NCBI GenBank assembly: GCA_963696385.1
Contig: CAVOKF010000004.1
Span: 352,001-416,000, forward strand
Direction: 5' to 3'
DNA from: an uncultured delta proteobacterium
Lineage (GTDB): Bacteria; Myxococcota_A; Polyangia; Polyangiales; Polyangiaceae
DNA length: 64,000 nt
The notes under the pieces were generated by a model. That model was not told the DNA's origin. It did no database searches and saw only the letters and a list, made by a program, of their open reading frames with translations. The position numbers were made by a program, and so were the translations under genes. Positions 29,294-38,705 of the stretch are shown here, one piece after another. Each line of letters opens with the position of its first letter. Position 1 is the first letter of the stretch.

Positions 29294-31120
29294 ATGGAAA
29301 AGCGTAAAAAGACCGCAGTCGAAAGCGGAGTACTCATCGCCATCGTTGCGGCGATACTCGTGGCCCTGAACGCCCTCTCGGCGCTCGGAATCTACGCGCG
29401 CAAAGACGTGACGAAGACCGAGAAATTCACTCTCTCGAAAGGCAGTGGGGCGCTGCTCCGATCGATGAAGCAGGACCTCACCGTCGATGCGTACGTGACC
29501 AAGGGCCTTCCGAAGCTCGATGCGTTCGTCCGCGACCTGCGCGATTTGCTGCAGGAGTACTTGAACGCGAGCGGCGGCAAGTTCCACTACACGATCATCG
29601 AGCCCAAGGACGAGGACACCAAGAAAAAGGCCAAGGAGGCGGGGCTCGTCGAGCAGCCGTTCGGAGAGGCGACCGACGAGAAGGAAGCCGTCACGGAAGG
29701 CTACATGGGTTTGGTCTTGCGCTACGGCGAGCAGCAAGACGTCATCAAGTTCTTGCCCCCGGACCGCACCGACGGTCTCGAGTTTTGGATCACGAACAAG
29801 ATCCGAGAAATTCGGGACAAGGGCGATGACATCCATCACAAGATCGGGGTTCTCACCGGCCACGACGAGATCAAGCCGAGCGAATCGAATTTGGCGCCGA
29901 GCAGCATGGGCAAGTTCGCCATGCAAACGATCGTCACGCAGAATTTTCCCTTCTATACGTTTCAGGACGTGGACCTGAAAGGCGGTGACGTCCCGGTTCC
30001 CGACGAGCTCGACGGGCTCCTCATCACTCAGCCCGGCAAGGACATCTCGGAGAAGGAGCTCCGGCGCATCGACCAGTTCGTGATGAAGGGCAAGTCGCTG
30101 GCTCTGTTTGCCAGCGCCGTGAACGTCAAAGCGAACGATGCGTCGATGGACGCGAGCCTCAACCTGCACGGGCTCGACAAGCTGCTCGGCGGCTACGGCA
30201 TCGACGTCGACCGGGACGTCGTGCTCGATCTCTGGCACCACGTTCGGCTGATCGTGCCGACGATGGGCGGTATGGCGAGCGCGGAGCTTCAGGCCATCCT
30301 CGATGTCCAGGACGATCCGCGGTTTGCGGGCAGCGAACAGCTCATCGATACGAGCTTTCCGTGCCTGTTCCGCGTTCAGGATCTCGCGGTTCCCTTTGCA
30401 TCGAGTCTCACGTTGAAAGCCGACAAGCAGCCCGGCGCAAAGATGCGTGTCGTCGCTCGTTCGTCGCCTTTCTCGGTGCACCTGACGGGCGACACCGTCG
30501 ACCTCAAGCCCTTTCAGAAGTGGGCGGGCAAGCTCAAGGGGCTCAAACAAGAGCAGTACACCATCGGCGCCGACGTCGAGGGGACGCTGAAGAGCGCTTT
30601 CGCGGGCGGCGGCGAGAACCAGGGCGTCGACGCGCCGGCGGAGAGCGCCAAACCGGCTCGTGTATTTCTCCTTTCGTCGTCGCAGTTCCTGACGAATCCG
30701 CTCGCGCGCGCAGGCAACGGCCCGGACATGGGTCAGTACGGCATGATGATGCCGAACCTCGGGGGCGACGAACAGTTGATCGCTTTGGCCGGCCCCTACA
30801 CGCAGCAATTCGTGACCGGCTCGATTCTCGTGTTCAAGAACACGCTCGACTGGTTGAGCGGCGACACGGACTTGCTTGCCGTCAGCGCAAAGCTCTTGAG
30901 CGATCCGAACCTCGTCTACGGCGACAAGATCAAGGTCACGCCGGATGAGACCGAGGAGCAGCTGCGCAAACAGGAGGACGAGCTCAAGGCTGCTCGAAAA
31001 GACGAGCAGCGCAACATCGAAGTGCTGCTCATTCTCGGCATCCCGCTGCTCTTCGGGGCGTACGGTCTCGCTCGGTGGCGCTTGCGGATGAACGCACGCT
31101 CGCACGTCTCGCTCGCGTAA
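29294..31120 (+). CDS. GldG-like ABC auxiliary component
   Basis: DVTKTEKFTLS, GYMGLVL, IGVLTGHDE, IDQFVMKG, NTLDWL; N- and C-terminal TM anchors. Confidence 0.85.
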   Translation: MEKRKKTAVESGVLIAIVAAILVALNALSALGIYARKDVTKTEKFTLSKGSGALLRSMKQDLTVDAYVTKGLPKLDAFVRDLRDLLQEYLNASGGKFHYTIIEPKDEDTKKKAKEAGLVEQPFGEATDEKEAVTEGYMGLVLRYGEQQDVIKFLPPDRTDGLEFWITNKIREIRDKGDDIHHKIGVLTGHDEIKPSESNLAPSSMGKFAMQTIVTQNFPFYTFQDVDLKGGDVPVPDELDGLLITQPGKDISEKELRRIDQFVMKGKSLALFASAVNVKANDASMDASLNLHGLDKLLGGYGIDVDRDVVLDLWHHVRLIVPTMGGMASAELQAILDVQDDPRFAGSEQLIDTSFPCLFRVQDLAVPFASSLTLKADKQPGAKMRVVARSSPFSVHLTGDTVDLKPFQKWAGKLKGLKQEQYTIGADVEGTLKSAFAGGGENQGVDAPAESAKPARVFLLSSSQFLTNPLARAGNGPDMGQYGMMMPNLGGDEQLIALAGPYTQQFVTGSILVFKNTLDWLSGDTDLLAVSAKLLSDPNLVYGDKIKVTPDETEEQLRKQEDELKAARKDEQRNIEVLLILGIPLLFGAYGLARWRLRMNARSHVSLA

Positions 31121-31138
31121 GGGATCCGATCGGACACA

Positions 31139-32194
31139 ATGGCCATGTCACGCGAAAAACTCATCATCATCGGCGCCGTCGTCTTGGGGCTTCTCGGAGT
31201 GCTCGTCTATCGCCAGATGAAGCAGGACGAATCGTTGGGAGCCGCCCCCGCGATTGCCGTGCAGTTTCCGAGCGTCAATGCGCCCGACGACATCGACAAG
31301 ATCAGCGTCACGAACGGTGAGAAGCCGGAGGTGGTGCTGGAGCGAGTACCCGATCCGAAGGGCACGCCGACGGACGCAGGCCCTGCGACCAAATGGGTTC
31401 TGACCAAGCCGTTGCACGCCGAGGCCGGTCAGCAGGCCGTCAAGGATCTGATCGCCAATCTCAAAGACATCAAGGTCGAGTCGCAAGTGAATCTGAGACT
31501 CGACGACGAGGTCAAAAAGGAAAAGCAGCTCGATGCCGCGCACGCGCTTCACCTGGTCGCGTGGAAGGACGGCGACAAAAAGGTCGACGAGTTTTTCGGA
31601 AAAAGCGGGGCCGCCGGACAGCTGGTGGTCGTGGCCGACAAGCCCGGCGCGGTCTGGGCGGCCAAGGGGTACTCGTCGTACCTCTACGCGAAAGAGCCGA
31701 AGGATTTTCGCGACAAGGAGATCGTGCACTTCGATGACGCGAGCATCGGGGCGGTGACTCTCGTCAACTCGCACGGCACCTTCGCGTTCACGAAGGTCGA
31801 CGGGAAGTGGACCGGGCTACTCGGCAAAAAGCCCATTGAGCGGCTGGACCAAGAGAAGGTCAAAGACATGCTGCGCGCGTACAAGTCGCTGAGCGCCGAC
31901 GACTTTGGCGACGGAAAGTCGCTTGCCGAAACGGGCCTCGACAAGCCGGAGGCGCAGGCGACATTCCAGTCGAAGGGCGACGAGCCCAAGACGTACGGGA
32001 TATGGCTCGGCAAGATCTCGAACGGCACCGACCGCTGGGCGAAGCGGGCCGAGGACGACGCCGTGTTCCAGATCACCAGCTACGCGGCCGATTGGTTGAC
32101 GGCCGATAGCTCCAAGTACCAGTCTCCGCTGGACGGGGGCGCCGCCGGCGGCGGCGGACCCAAGAAGACCAAGAGCGACGCGGGCAAGAAGTAG
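31139..32194 (+). CDS. DUF4340-like membrane-anchored periplasmic protein
   Basis: N-terminal TM; ETGLDKP motif; position after a gldG-like gene is typical. Confidence 0.75.
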   Translation: MAMSREKLIIIGAVVLGLLGVLVYRQMKQDESLGAAPAIAVQFPSVNAPDDIDKISVTNGEKPEVVLERVPDPKGTPTDAGPATKWVLTKPLHAEAGQQAVKDLIANLKDIKVESQVNLRLDDEVKKEKQLDAAHALHLVAWKDGDKKVDEFFGKSGAAGQLVVVADKPGAVWAAKGYSSYLYAKEPKDFRDKEIVHFDDASIGAVTLVNSHGTFAFTKVDGKWTGLLGKKPIERLDQEKVKDMLRAYKSLSADDFGDGKSLAETGLDKPEAQATFQSKGDEPKTYGIWLGKISNGTDRWAKRAEDDAVFQITSYAADWLTADSSKYQSPLDGGAAGGGGPKKTKSDAGKK

Positions 32195-32306
32195 CCTGGG
32201 CTCCGCGCGCGTAAACGGCCCTTCCCTTTTGCAGATGCGGGCGAGACGCGAGGGGGCCGTTTCCGCTGCCCGGGGCGGGAGCCTCGTCCCACCCACCGCC
32301 GCCGCG

Positions 32307-33410
32307 CTACCCCGACCGGAAAGCCGAACGCACGCCGCGGCGGCCACGCCGCCGGACCGAGGCCTCACAACGGACGGCCGCGCACGTGCGAAGCCGCCAC
32401 TGGGCTCGCCCGGCACGCCTGTCCTGAGAGCCTGACCGCGCTCGGACCGCCGGAGAGATCCGGCGGGCCTGGCCGAACCGATCAGTGTGCTTTTCGAAAA
32501 TATCCATCACGTCGCCGAGCAGCTTGAGCGCCTCGGCGCGGGGTCGCTGGAACGCGTTTCGTCCCATGATGCTGCCGAAGCCTCCGCCCGCGGCGATGCC
32601 CCGCACGTCCTCGAGCAGCTCCTCGGTCCCTTTCGTTTCGCCGCCCGAGAAGATGACGACACGCTTGCCGTTGAAAGAGCTCTGCACGACGTGGCGGACA
32701 CGATCGGCCATCGTCTTTGTCGGAATCGCGTACTTTTCGAACACCTTCTTGGCCTCGGCCTGCTCGATGAAGTCCTTCGGCGGCTTGACCTTCACGATGT
32801 GCGCGCCCAGCTCGCAAGAAATGTGGGCGGAGTAGGCGACGACGTCCACGGCCTGCTCGCCCTCTTTCGAGAGCCCCGACCCGCGCGGGTAAGCCCAGAC
32901 GATCGTGGGAAGCCCCACCTCTTTCGCTTCACGGATGAGCTCCCGAAGCGCCTCGTACATCGGGTTTCGCGCGGCGGATCCTGGGTAAATCGTGTACCCG
33001 ATGGCAACGCAGCCGAGCTTCACCGCGTCCTTGACGCTCGCGGTCACGGCGCTGATCGGCTGGTCAATTTTCGCCAGCGAGTCGGAGTTGTTCAGTTTGA
33101 GTATCAGGGGAACCTGCCCTGCGAACCGATCGGCCGACGCTTCCAGGAACCCGAGCGGGGCGGCATACGCGTTGCATCCCGAGTCGATCGCGAGCTGCAC
33201 GTGGTAGTCGGGGTCGTAGGCCGGTACGTTGGGCGCGAAGGACCGAGCTGGGCCGTGCTCGAACCCTTGGTCGACGGGCAGAATCACGAACTTGCCGGTG
33301 CCTGCCAACGCACCATGGTTCATCAAGCGAGCGAGGTTGGTCTTCACCCCGACGTTGTCACTCGAGTACCACGATAAAATGTGTCTCACACGATCGGTGG
33401 CGACGGCCAT
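32307..33410 (-). CDS. fbaB: Class I fructose-bisphosphate aldolase (DhnA/FbaB type)
   Basis: LPVDQGFEHGP, GYTIYPGS, WAYPRG, AHIVKVK, GSIMGRNAFQR; the last ~58 codons look like low-complexity read-through. Confidence 0.92.
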   Translation of the reverse strand: MAVATDRVRHILSWYSSDNVGVKTNLARLMNHGALAGTGKFVILPVDQGFEHGPARSFAPNVPAYDPDYHVQLAIDSGCNAYAAPLGFLEASADRFAGQVPLILKLNNSDSLAKIDQPISAVTASVKDAVKLGCVAIGYTIYPGSAARNPMYEALRELIREAKEVGLPTIVWAYPRGSGLSKEGEQAVDVVAYSAHISCELGAHIVKVKPPKDFIEQAEAKKVFEKYAIPTKTMADRVRHVVQSSFNGKRVVIFSGGETKGTEELLEDVRGIAAGGGFGSIMGRNAFQRPRAEALKLLGDVMDIFEKHTDRFGQARRISPAVRARSGSQDRRAGRAQWRLRTCAAVRCEASVRRRGRRGVRSAFRSG

Positions 33411-33532
33411 GACTAGCGCTCCTCGGCTCCTCTGGAAGCCGCGCGCAGACTAGCCCCGTCCTCCGCGCATTGGCAAGGGACCGCGTCGTGGGCCCGCCGG
33501 CTTTTTTGCTCCCGTGGGCTCGCGCGATCGTC

Positions 33533-34210
33533 TCAGACGCCCGTCGCGTCCTCCCCCCAAATGTACTTGTGCATTTGAAGCTGGACGCGCACAGGGACCG
33601 CATCCTCGAGCACCCAGCGGACCAATTCTTTCGGCGGAAGTCGCCCGAAGACACCGCTCGCGAGCAAGTTCGGCGTTCGGTCGAGCAGGCGCCGTTCGCG
33701 AATCGTCGTGCGCATCCATTCGTAGTCGACGCGATCCGCCAAGACGAACTTGAGCTCGTCGCGGGGACCCACGTGATCGAGGTTGCTCCAGCGATTTCTG
33801 TGCGACTCGCCGCTGCCCGGGCACTTCAGGTCCATGACCTTGTGCACCCGGGCGTCGACCGGTGAAAGGTCGGCCTCTCCGCTCGTCTCGAGCAGCACGG
33901 TCCTCTTCAAGTCGCAGAGCTCGGAGAGGAGCGGCACGACGCCCGGCTGCAGGAGCGGTTCGCCGCCGGTGATCTCCACGAGCGGCGTTTCGTGCGCCAT
34001 GACGGCCTGCACGACGTCTTCACGGCGCATCCGCGTTCCGCGGTAGAACGCCTGGGGCGTATCGCACCAGACGCACCGCAAGTTGCATCCCGTCGTTCGC
34101 ACGAACGTGCAGGGAATGCCGGCAAACGTCGACTCGCCCTGAATGCTCGCGTAAATCTCATGGACGACGAGAGTGTCCGCCTTGCCCACGGGCCTGCAGG
34201 TGTACTGCAC
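33533..34210 (-). CDS. queE: 7-carboxy-7-deazaguanine synthase (radical SAM)
   Basis: SIQGES, GCNLRCVWCDT, ITGGEP, ETSG, KFV, QLQMHKYIW. Confidence 0.88.
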   Translation of the reverse strand: MQYTCRPVGKADTLVVHEIYASIQGESTFAGIPCTFVRTTGCNLRCVWCDTPQAFYRGTRMRREDVVQAVMAHETPLVEITGGEPLLQPGVVPLLSELCDLKRTVLLETSGEADLSPVDARVHKVMDLKCPGSGESHRNRWSNLDHVGPRDELKFVLADRVDYEWMRTTIRERRLLDRTPNLLASGVFGRLPPKELVRWVLEDAVPVRVQLQMHKYIWGEDATGV

Positions 34211-34234
34211 CCCGCTCCTTCTGTCGCGACGCTC

Positions 34235-34483
34235 TCAGCCGCCGTCATCGGCCACGATCTCGGGAACCGGCATTTCGCCTGCGTCGGCATCGTAGGTGGG
34301 CGCGGTCCGAGGCCCTCGTAGGGGGGGTAGCTCGTGCGTACAATGTCGCGTGAGCGCCCACGCGGCGCCCGCAATGGCCATGGCTCCGAGCCAGAACGTG
34401 CGGATCAGCAGTACGGGGGCTGCGCGCGGCAGAAGCGGGGTAGGCCGGCCCCGAGATCGGGCGGGTCTCTTCGCGAAGGGCAC
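34235..34483 (-). CDS. Small hypothetical single-TM protein
   Basis: 82-aa ORF filling the gap, one hydrophobic segment, tail YDADAGEMPVPEI. Confidence 0.5.
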   Translation of the reverse strand: MPFAKRPARSRGRPTPLLPRAAPVLLIRTFWLGAMAIAGAAWALTRHCTHELPPLRGPRTAPTYDADAGEMPVPEIVADDGG

Positions 34484-34568
34484 CGGCCCAATCGATAGGT
34501 CCTCGCCATCTGCGCTTCAATCCGCCTGGTGTACGCGGTTGCCGTCCCGCAGAGGATAAGCTCGGGGC

Positions 34569-35394
34569 GTGACCGCCCCGCCGCACGGACCGCCGTGGAG
34601 TCTGCCGATCCCGCAGGCGCCGCTGGCGTTCGTGGATCTCGAGATGACGGGACTCGACGTGGATCACGATCGCGTCGTCGAAGTGTGCGTCGAGCGCTTC
34701 GTTGGCGCTGCTTGCGTCGCGTCCGTCAGCTCGGTCGTCGCATCCCGGGGTTCGCATCGGCGGCGCGGCGGAGGTCCACGGCATCGGTCCCGCCGAAGTC
34801 GCGGGAGCGCCGACGTTTGCAGCGATCGCCGGTTCCATCCTGGCGGTTCTCGACGGCGCGATCCTGGTCGCGCATGCGGCGTCGTGGGATGTGAAGTTTC
34901 TGCGCGCCGAGTTTGCTCGTGCCGGCGAGCCGGTCGAGATCGACTCCTGGCTCGATACGTTGATCCTGGCTCGGCGCGCTTTCGCCTTCCGGTCGTATTC
35001 GCTCGATGCGCTGTGCCGAGAGCTTGGCATCCAACGGGGCCGAGCCCATCGGGCCGAAAGCGACGTGCGCGCTCTTCGGGACCTGTTCGGGCGCTGCGTC
35101 GCCGTCCTCCAGCCGGTGAGCGCGCGCGATCTGTGGGAAGTGCGCATCGGCGACCGACGTGCGCGGCAAGCCATCGTCGACGCGTGCGAGGCGGCCGCCA
35201 AGCACAGAGCCCCGGTCGTGTTGACGTATCGCGCGGCGCGCCGGGCGGCCGAATCGATGTCGATGGTGGTCGTCGAGGTCCGATCGGACCTCGACCCGCC
35301 GCAGGTTGTGGGGTATCAGCTCCCGGGGCGCGGCAGGCGGCAGCTTCGGGCCGACCGCATCCTCCACGTCGAGCCCGCCCCCGCCCTTCCCTGA
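34569..35394 (+). CDS. DEDDh 3'-5' exonuclease with a C-terminal WYL-like domain; +1 frameshift near 34740
   Basis: Frame 1 FVDLEMTG...SSVV joins frame 2 HPGVRIG...VAHAASWD...HRAESD; C-terminal VVLTYR...VVGYQL...RRQLRADRILHVE. Confidence 0.8.
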
Positions 35395-35406
35395 GATTGA
35401 TCCTCG

Positions 35407-36768
35407 ATGCGCTCTCGCAGCTTGCCCGTACTCGTTGCTCTCTACACAGCTCTCATCGCGTGCGGGCCTTCGCTCGGGTCCGGGGGCGGCGCGCGATCTG
35501 GGCCGGCGGCCCAGTGGCTCGATCGCGCCAAGGCCAGTTATCGCGCGGCGGATTTCGACGATGCTCGCGAATCCGTGGGTCGAGCGCTGGCCGCGGCGCC
35601 GAACGATGCGGAGGCCCGAATTCTGGCTGCGCGCATCGCGCTCGTGCGTCTCGACTACGCCGAGACGCTCCGGCTGACCGAAGGACTCGATGCGAGCGAC
35701 GCGCACGCGGCGAGAGGTCGCGCCTACTGGTATTCGGGGGACGTGGAGCACGCCGCCGACGAACTCGAGGCGCTGCTCGCCGATCCGGCAGTCAAAGATC
35801 CCTGGGCTCGCGACGTCGCCGCGCTCGCGCGGCGCGGAGTGGGCCGGCACCCTTTCGAGATGTCGGGGGGGCTGGTCGGCCCCGTGGACATGCCAAAAAT
35901 GCTCGACCGCGTGCCTCTCGGCGCGGCCGACGTGGTTCCGTGTGAATTGGACGGCGAGAGAATCCTCGCGCTGGTCGCGACCGGATCGAGCGAGGTGCTG
36001 CTCGACTCCAACTCGCGCAGGGAGCCGGCGTGGGTCGACCTGAGGTTCGACCGGCTCGAAGTGAAGGACGTTCCCGCGCTCGTCCAGGATCTGACCCCCA
36101 TTTCGCGTCAGATCGGAGTGCCCATCAAGGCGTTGTTGGGGGCGCAGCTGTTGCGGCACGCGCATGCGACTTTCGATCGGCGGGGCGACCAGTTCATCGC
36201 ACGGCGCCAAGATGCCACGCCGCCCCCCGATGCCAGCCGGGTGCCCCTTTACTACCTGCGCGGCGGCGGCATGGTCCTGCGAGCGACCGTCACGGCACGC
36301 GACCAGGATCCCATCGCTCTGTTCGTCGACAGCTCTCGGCCGTTTCCGCTCCTGCTGCAGGACGCAGCTTGGAAGCTGGCGGGGGTCGACCTCACCTCGC
36401 TCGCTTCGTTGCCCGATTCTCCCAACGTCAAGCACGGCACGGTGCCGGTGTTTCGGGTCGGCGGATTCGATCTCGCACGAATGCCGGCTATCGAGGGCTT
36501 GGACATGGGGGAACTGGCGACAGGCCTCGACGTCACGCTCGGGGGGGTCGTGGGTGCGGATCTCCTCGCGTTCTTCCGTGTCACGTTCGCCGACGACGGT
36601 CGATTCATTTGGATTGAGCCCGACCCCATGCTTCTCGGCCCGACGTCGTCCGCCGCAGGCGCGGCCCCCGCGCCGGCGACGAACCCGGCCGCGGGCTCGC
36701 CAACGCCCGCGACTCCGGCGTCCTCCGCGCCCCCCGGGCCTGCGGCTCCGGGCCCCAAGCCGCGATGA
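35407..36768 (+). CDS. Lipoprotein with TPR and two degenerate retropepsin-like domains
   Basis: Lipobox LIAC; TPR helices; ALVATGS/LFVDSS and ALLGAQLL/GVVGADLL motifs; Pro/Ala tail. Confidence 0.68.
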   Translation: MRSRSLPVLVALYTALIACGPSLGSGGGARSGPAAQWLDRAKASYRAADFDDARESVGRALAAAPNDAEARILAARIALVRLDYAETLRLTEGLDASDAHAARGRAYWYSGDVEHAADELEALLADPAVKDPWARDVAALARRGVGRHPFEMSGGLVGPVDMPKMLDRVPLGAADVVPCELDGERILALVATGSSEVLLDSNSRREPAWVDLRFDRLEVKDVPALVQDLTPISRQIGVPIKALLGAQLLRHAHATFDRRGDQFIARRQDATPPPDASRVPLYYLRGGGMVLRATVTARDQDPIALFVDSSRPFPLLLQDAAWKLAGVDLTSLASLPDSPNVKHGTVPVFRVGGFDLARMPAIEGLDMGELATGLDVTLGGVVGADLLAFFRVTFADDGRFIWIEPDPMLLGPTSSAAGAAPAPATNPAAGSPTPATPASSAPPGPAAPGPKPR

Positions 36769-37268
36769 GCGGTGTCGCGATCGCCCGCCTCGCCGTGTAC
36801 GCCGGCAGCTTTGACCCGCCTACACTGGGGCACCTCGATCTTATCGAACGGGCCTCCGCGCTCTTCAGCGACGTCATCGTCGGGATCGGCCGCCATCCCG
36901 CGCGGAGCCCACTGTTCTCCGTGGAAGAACGAATCCGGCTCGTGTCGCTCGTATCGTCTCACCTCGCCAACGTGACTGTGGACGCATTCCACGGACTGCT
37001 CATCGACTTCTGCAAGCAGAAGCAGGCTCGGGTCATCGTGCGTGGGTTGCGCGCGGCGACCGACTTCGAATACGAGCTTCAAATCGCCCATGCAAACGCG
37101 GATCTCGATCCGGAGGTCGATACCGTATTTCTGCCGACACGCACCAAGAACGGCTTCATCAGCGCTTCGCTCGTTCGCGAAATCGCGAGCCATGGCGGTG
37201 ACGTCAGCCGTTATGCCCCCGCGGTCGTCTGCGAGGCACTGACGCGCAAGTTTGCCGATTCGAGGTGA
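36765..37268 (+). CDS. coaD: Phosphopantetheine adenylyltransferase
   Basis: YAGSFDPPTLGHLD, RGLR, DFEYE, ISASLVREIA. Confidence 0.96.
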   Translation: MSGVAIARLAVYAGSFDPPTLGHLDLIERASALFSDVIVGIGRHPARSPLFSVEERIRLVSLVSSHLANVTVDAFHGLLIDFCKQKQARVIVRGLRAATDFEYELQIAHANADLDPEVDTVFLPTRTKNGFISASLVREIASHGGDVSRYAPAVVCEALTRKFADSR

Positions 37269-38131
37269 TCCCCGTGTCTCCCATTTCTCAGGCGCCTGCC
37301 TCCTCCATCGCGGCTCGACTGGAAGACTGCGTGTTTGCCGTCCGCAAACGGGTCGGCATCTCCCCGAGGGTCGGCCTGGTGCTGGGTAGCGGTCTCGGCG
37401 CTTTCGCAGAGACGCTCGAAGGCTTGGTGAAATTCCCGTACCGCGATTTGCCCCATATGGCCGAGTCCTCAGTGGCCGGGCACGACGGCAACCTGTGCTT
37501 CGGCACCGTCGCCGGCGTTGCCGTGGTGTGCATGCAGGGGCGTGTGCACCTGTACGAAGGCCATGCGGTCGACCGTGTGGTTCAGGGGGTGCGGACGATG
37601 GCACGGCTCGGGGTTGGTTGCGTTCTCGTGACGAACGCCGCGGGCGGGCTTCACGAGTCCTGGTCCGCCGGGGATCTCATGGTCGTGACCGACCACCTGA
37701 ACTTGACCGGGACCTCGCCGCTCATCGGCCCCAACGACGACTCGATCGGACCTCGCTTTTCGGACATGACGAATGCCTACGATCCCGAGATCCGGCGGAA
37801 GTTGGTGGAGGTGGCGCGGGAAGCGAACCTACCGCTGCACCAAGGCGTCTACGCAGGCCTGCTCGGACCGCAATACGAGACGCCGGCGGAGGTGCGCATG
37901 CTGCGTGGGCTCGGGGCGGACGCCGTGGGCATGAGCACGGTTCTCGAAGTGATCGCCCTGCGCCACATGGGCGTGCGCGTCGGGGCGCTCTCGTGCATCA
38001 CCAACCTAGCCGCGGGAATTTCGGATCGACCCATCGCGCACGCCGAGGTGGAGGCGACGGCGCGGCGGCGAAGGCCCGAGATCGTCACGCTGATCTCGGG
38101 TTGGATCGCGCGGGTCGCACAAACGCCTTGA
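37265..38131 (+). CDS. Purine nucleoside phosphorylase (trimeric PNP-I type)
   Basis: LGSGLG, GRVHLYEG, TNAAGG, GPQYETPAE, GMSTVLE, ITNLAAG. Confidence 0.94.
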   Translation: MIPVSPISQAPASSIAARLEDCVFAVRKRVGISPRVGLVLGSGLGAFAETLEGLVKFPYRDLPHMAESSVAGHDGNLCFGTVAGVAVVCMQGRVHLYEGHAVDRVVQGVRTMARLGVGCVLVTNAAGGLHESWSAGDLMVVTDHLNLTGTSPLIGPNDDSIGPRFSDMTNAYDPEIRRKLVEVAREANLPLHQGVYAGLLGPQYETPAEVRMLRGLGADAVGMSTVLEVIALRHMGVRVGALSCITNLAAGISDRPIAHAEVEATARRRRPEIVTLISGWIARVAQTP

Positions 38132-38541
38132 CGAAGACCTCCGACCTCGCCCTGCTTGTGCAGGCTGCCCGCACTGCGCGGATCCGCGCCTACGCGCCGT
38201 ATTCGAAGTATCGCGTCGGAGCGGCGGTCCTCACGGCCGACCGTCGCATTTTCAGCGGCTGCAACGTCGAGAACGCGACCTACGGTGCGACACTGTGCGC
38301 CGAGCGGTCCGCGATCGCCGCCATGATCGCTGCGGGCGAAAACCGGCCGATCGCGTGCGCGGTCGTCACACGAGGCCCTATACCCGGCGCACCGTGCGGC
38401 ATCTGCCGGCAAGTGCTCGCCGAGTTCGCGCGCGACATGCCGATCCTACTGGTCGCCGAAGACGATCGCGGGGTCGTCACGAAACGCCGGCGGCTGCGCC
38501 TGCAGGCACTGCTGCCGCACGCTTTTCGAATGGCCCGCTGA
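38128..38541 (+). CDS. cdd: Cytidine deaminase (homotetrameric type)
   Basis: AYAPYS, GCNVENATY, CAER, PCGICRQ, LLPHAF; TTG start overlaps the PNP stop. Confidence 0.93.
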   Translation: MTKTSDLALLVQAARTARIRAYAPYSKYRVGAAVLTADRRIFSGCNVENATYGATLCAERSAIAAMIAAGENRPIACAVVTRGPIPGAPCGICRQVLAEFARDMPILLVAEDDRGVVTKRRRLRLQALLPHAFRMAR

Positions 38542-38665
38542 CCTCGGGCGGGCGGGCCTCCAGACCGCTCCTGCCGAGGGATCGCGCCCCCAACGGTGGG
38601 CTCCGAGCCACCGCAGGATGGCGCCACGCAGCCGAGCAATGACCTGCAATCCATAGGTTACGGTT

Positions 38666-38681
38666 TGGCACGCCTTGTGCT
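38666..38681 (+). promoter_or_regulatory. Putative sigma54 promoter of the multiheme lipoprotein operon
   Basis: TGGCACGCCTTGTGCT = GG-N10-GC, 24 nt upstream of ATG 38706 with a GAGGGAG RBS. Confidence 0.72.
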
Positions 38682-38705
38682 GATTCACGCGGTGAGGGAG
38701 TTTGC

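Noticed and set aside
32307..32490. C-terminal extension of FbaB as a novel domain
   Set aside because: Low-complexity Arg/Ala tail; an out-of-frame TGA follows AAG CAC AC, so stop loss or an indel error is more likely
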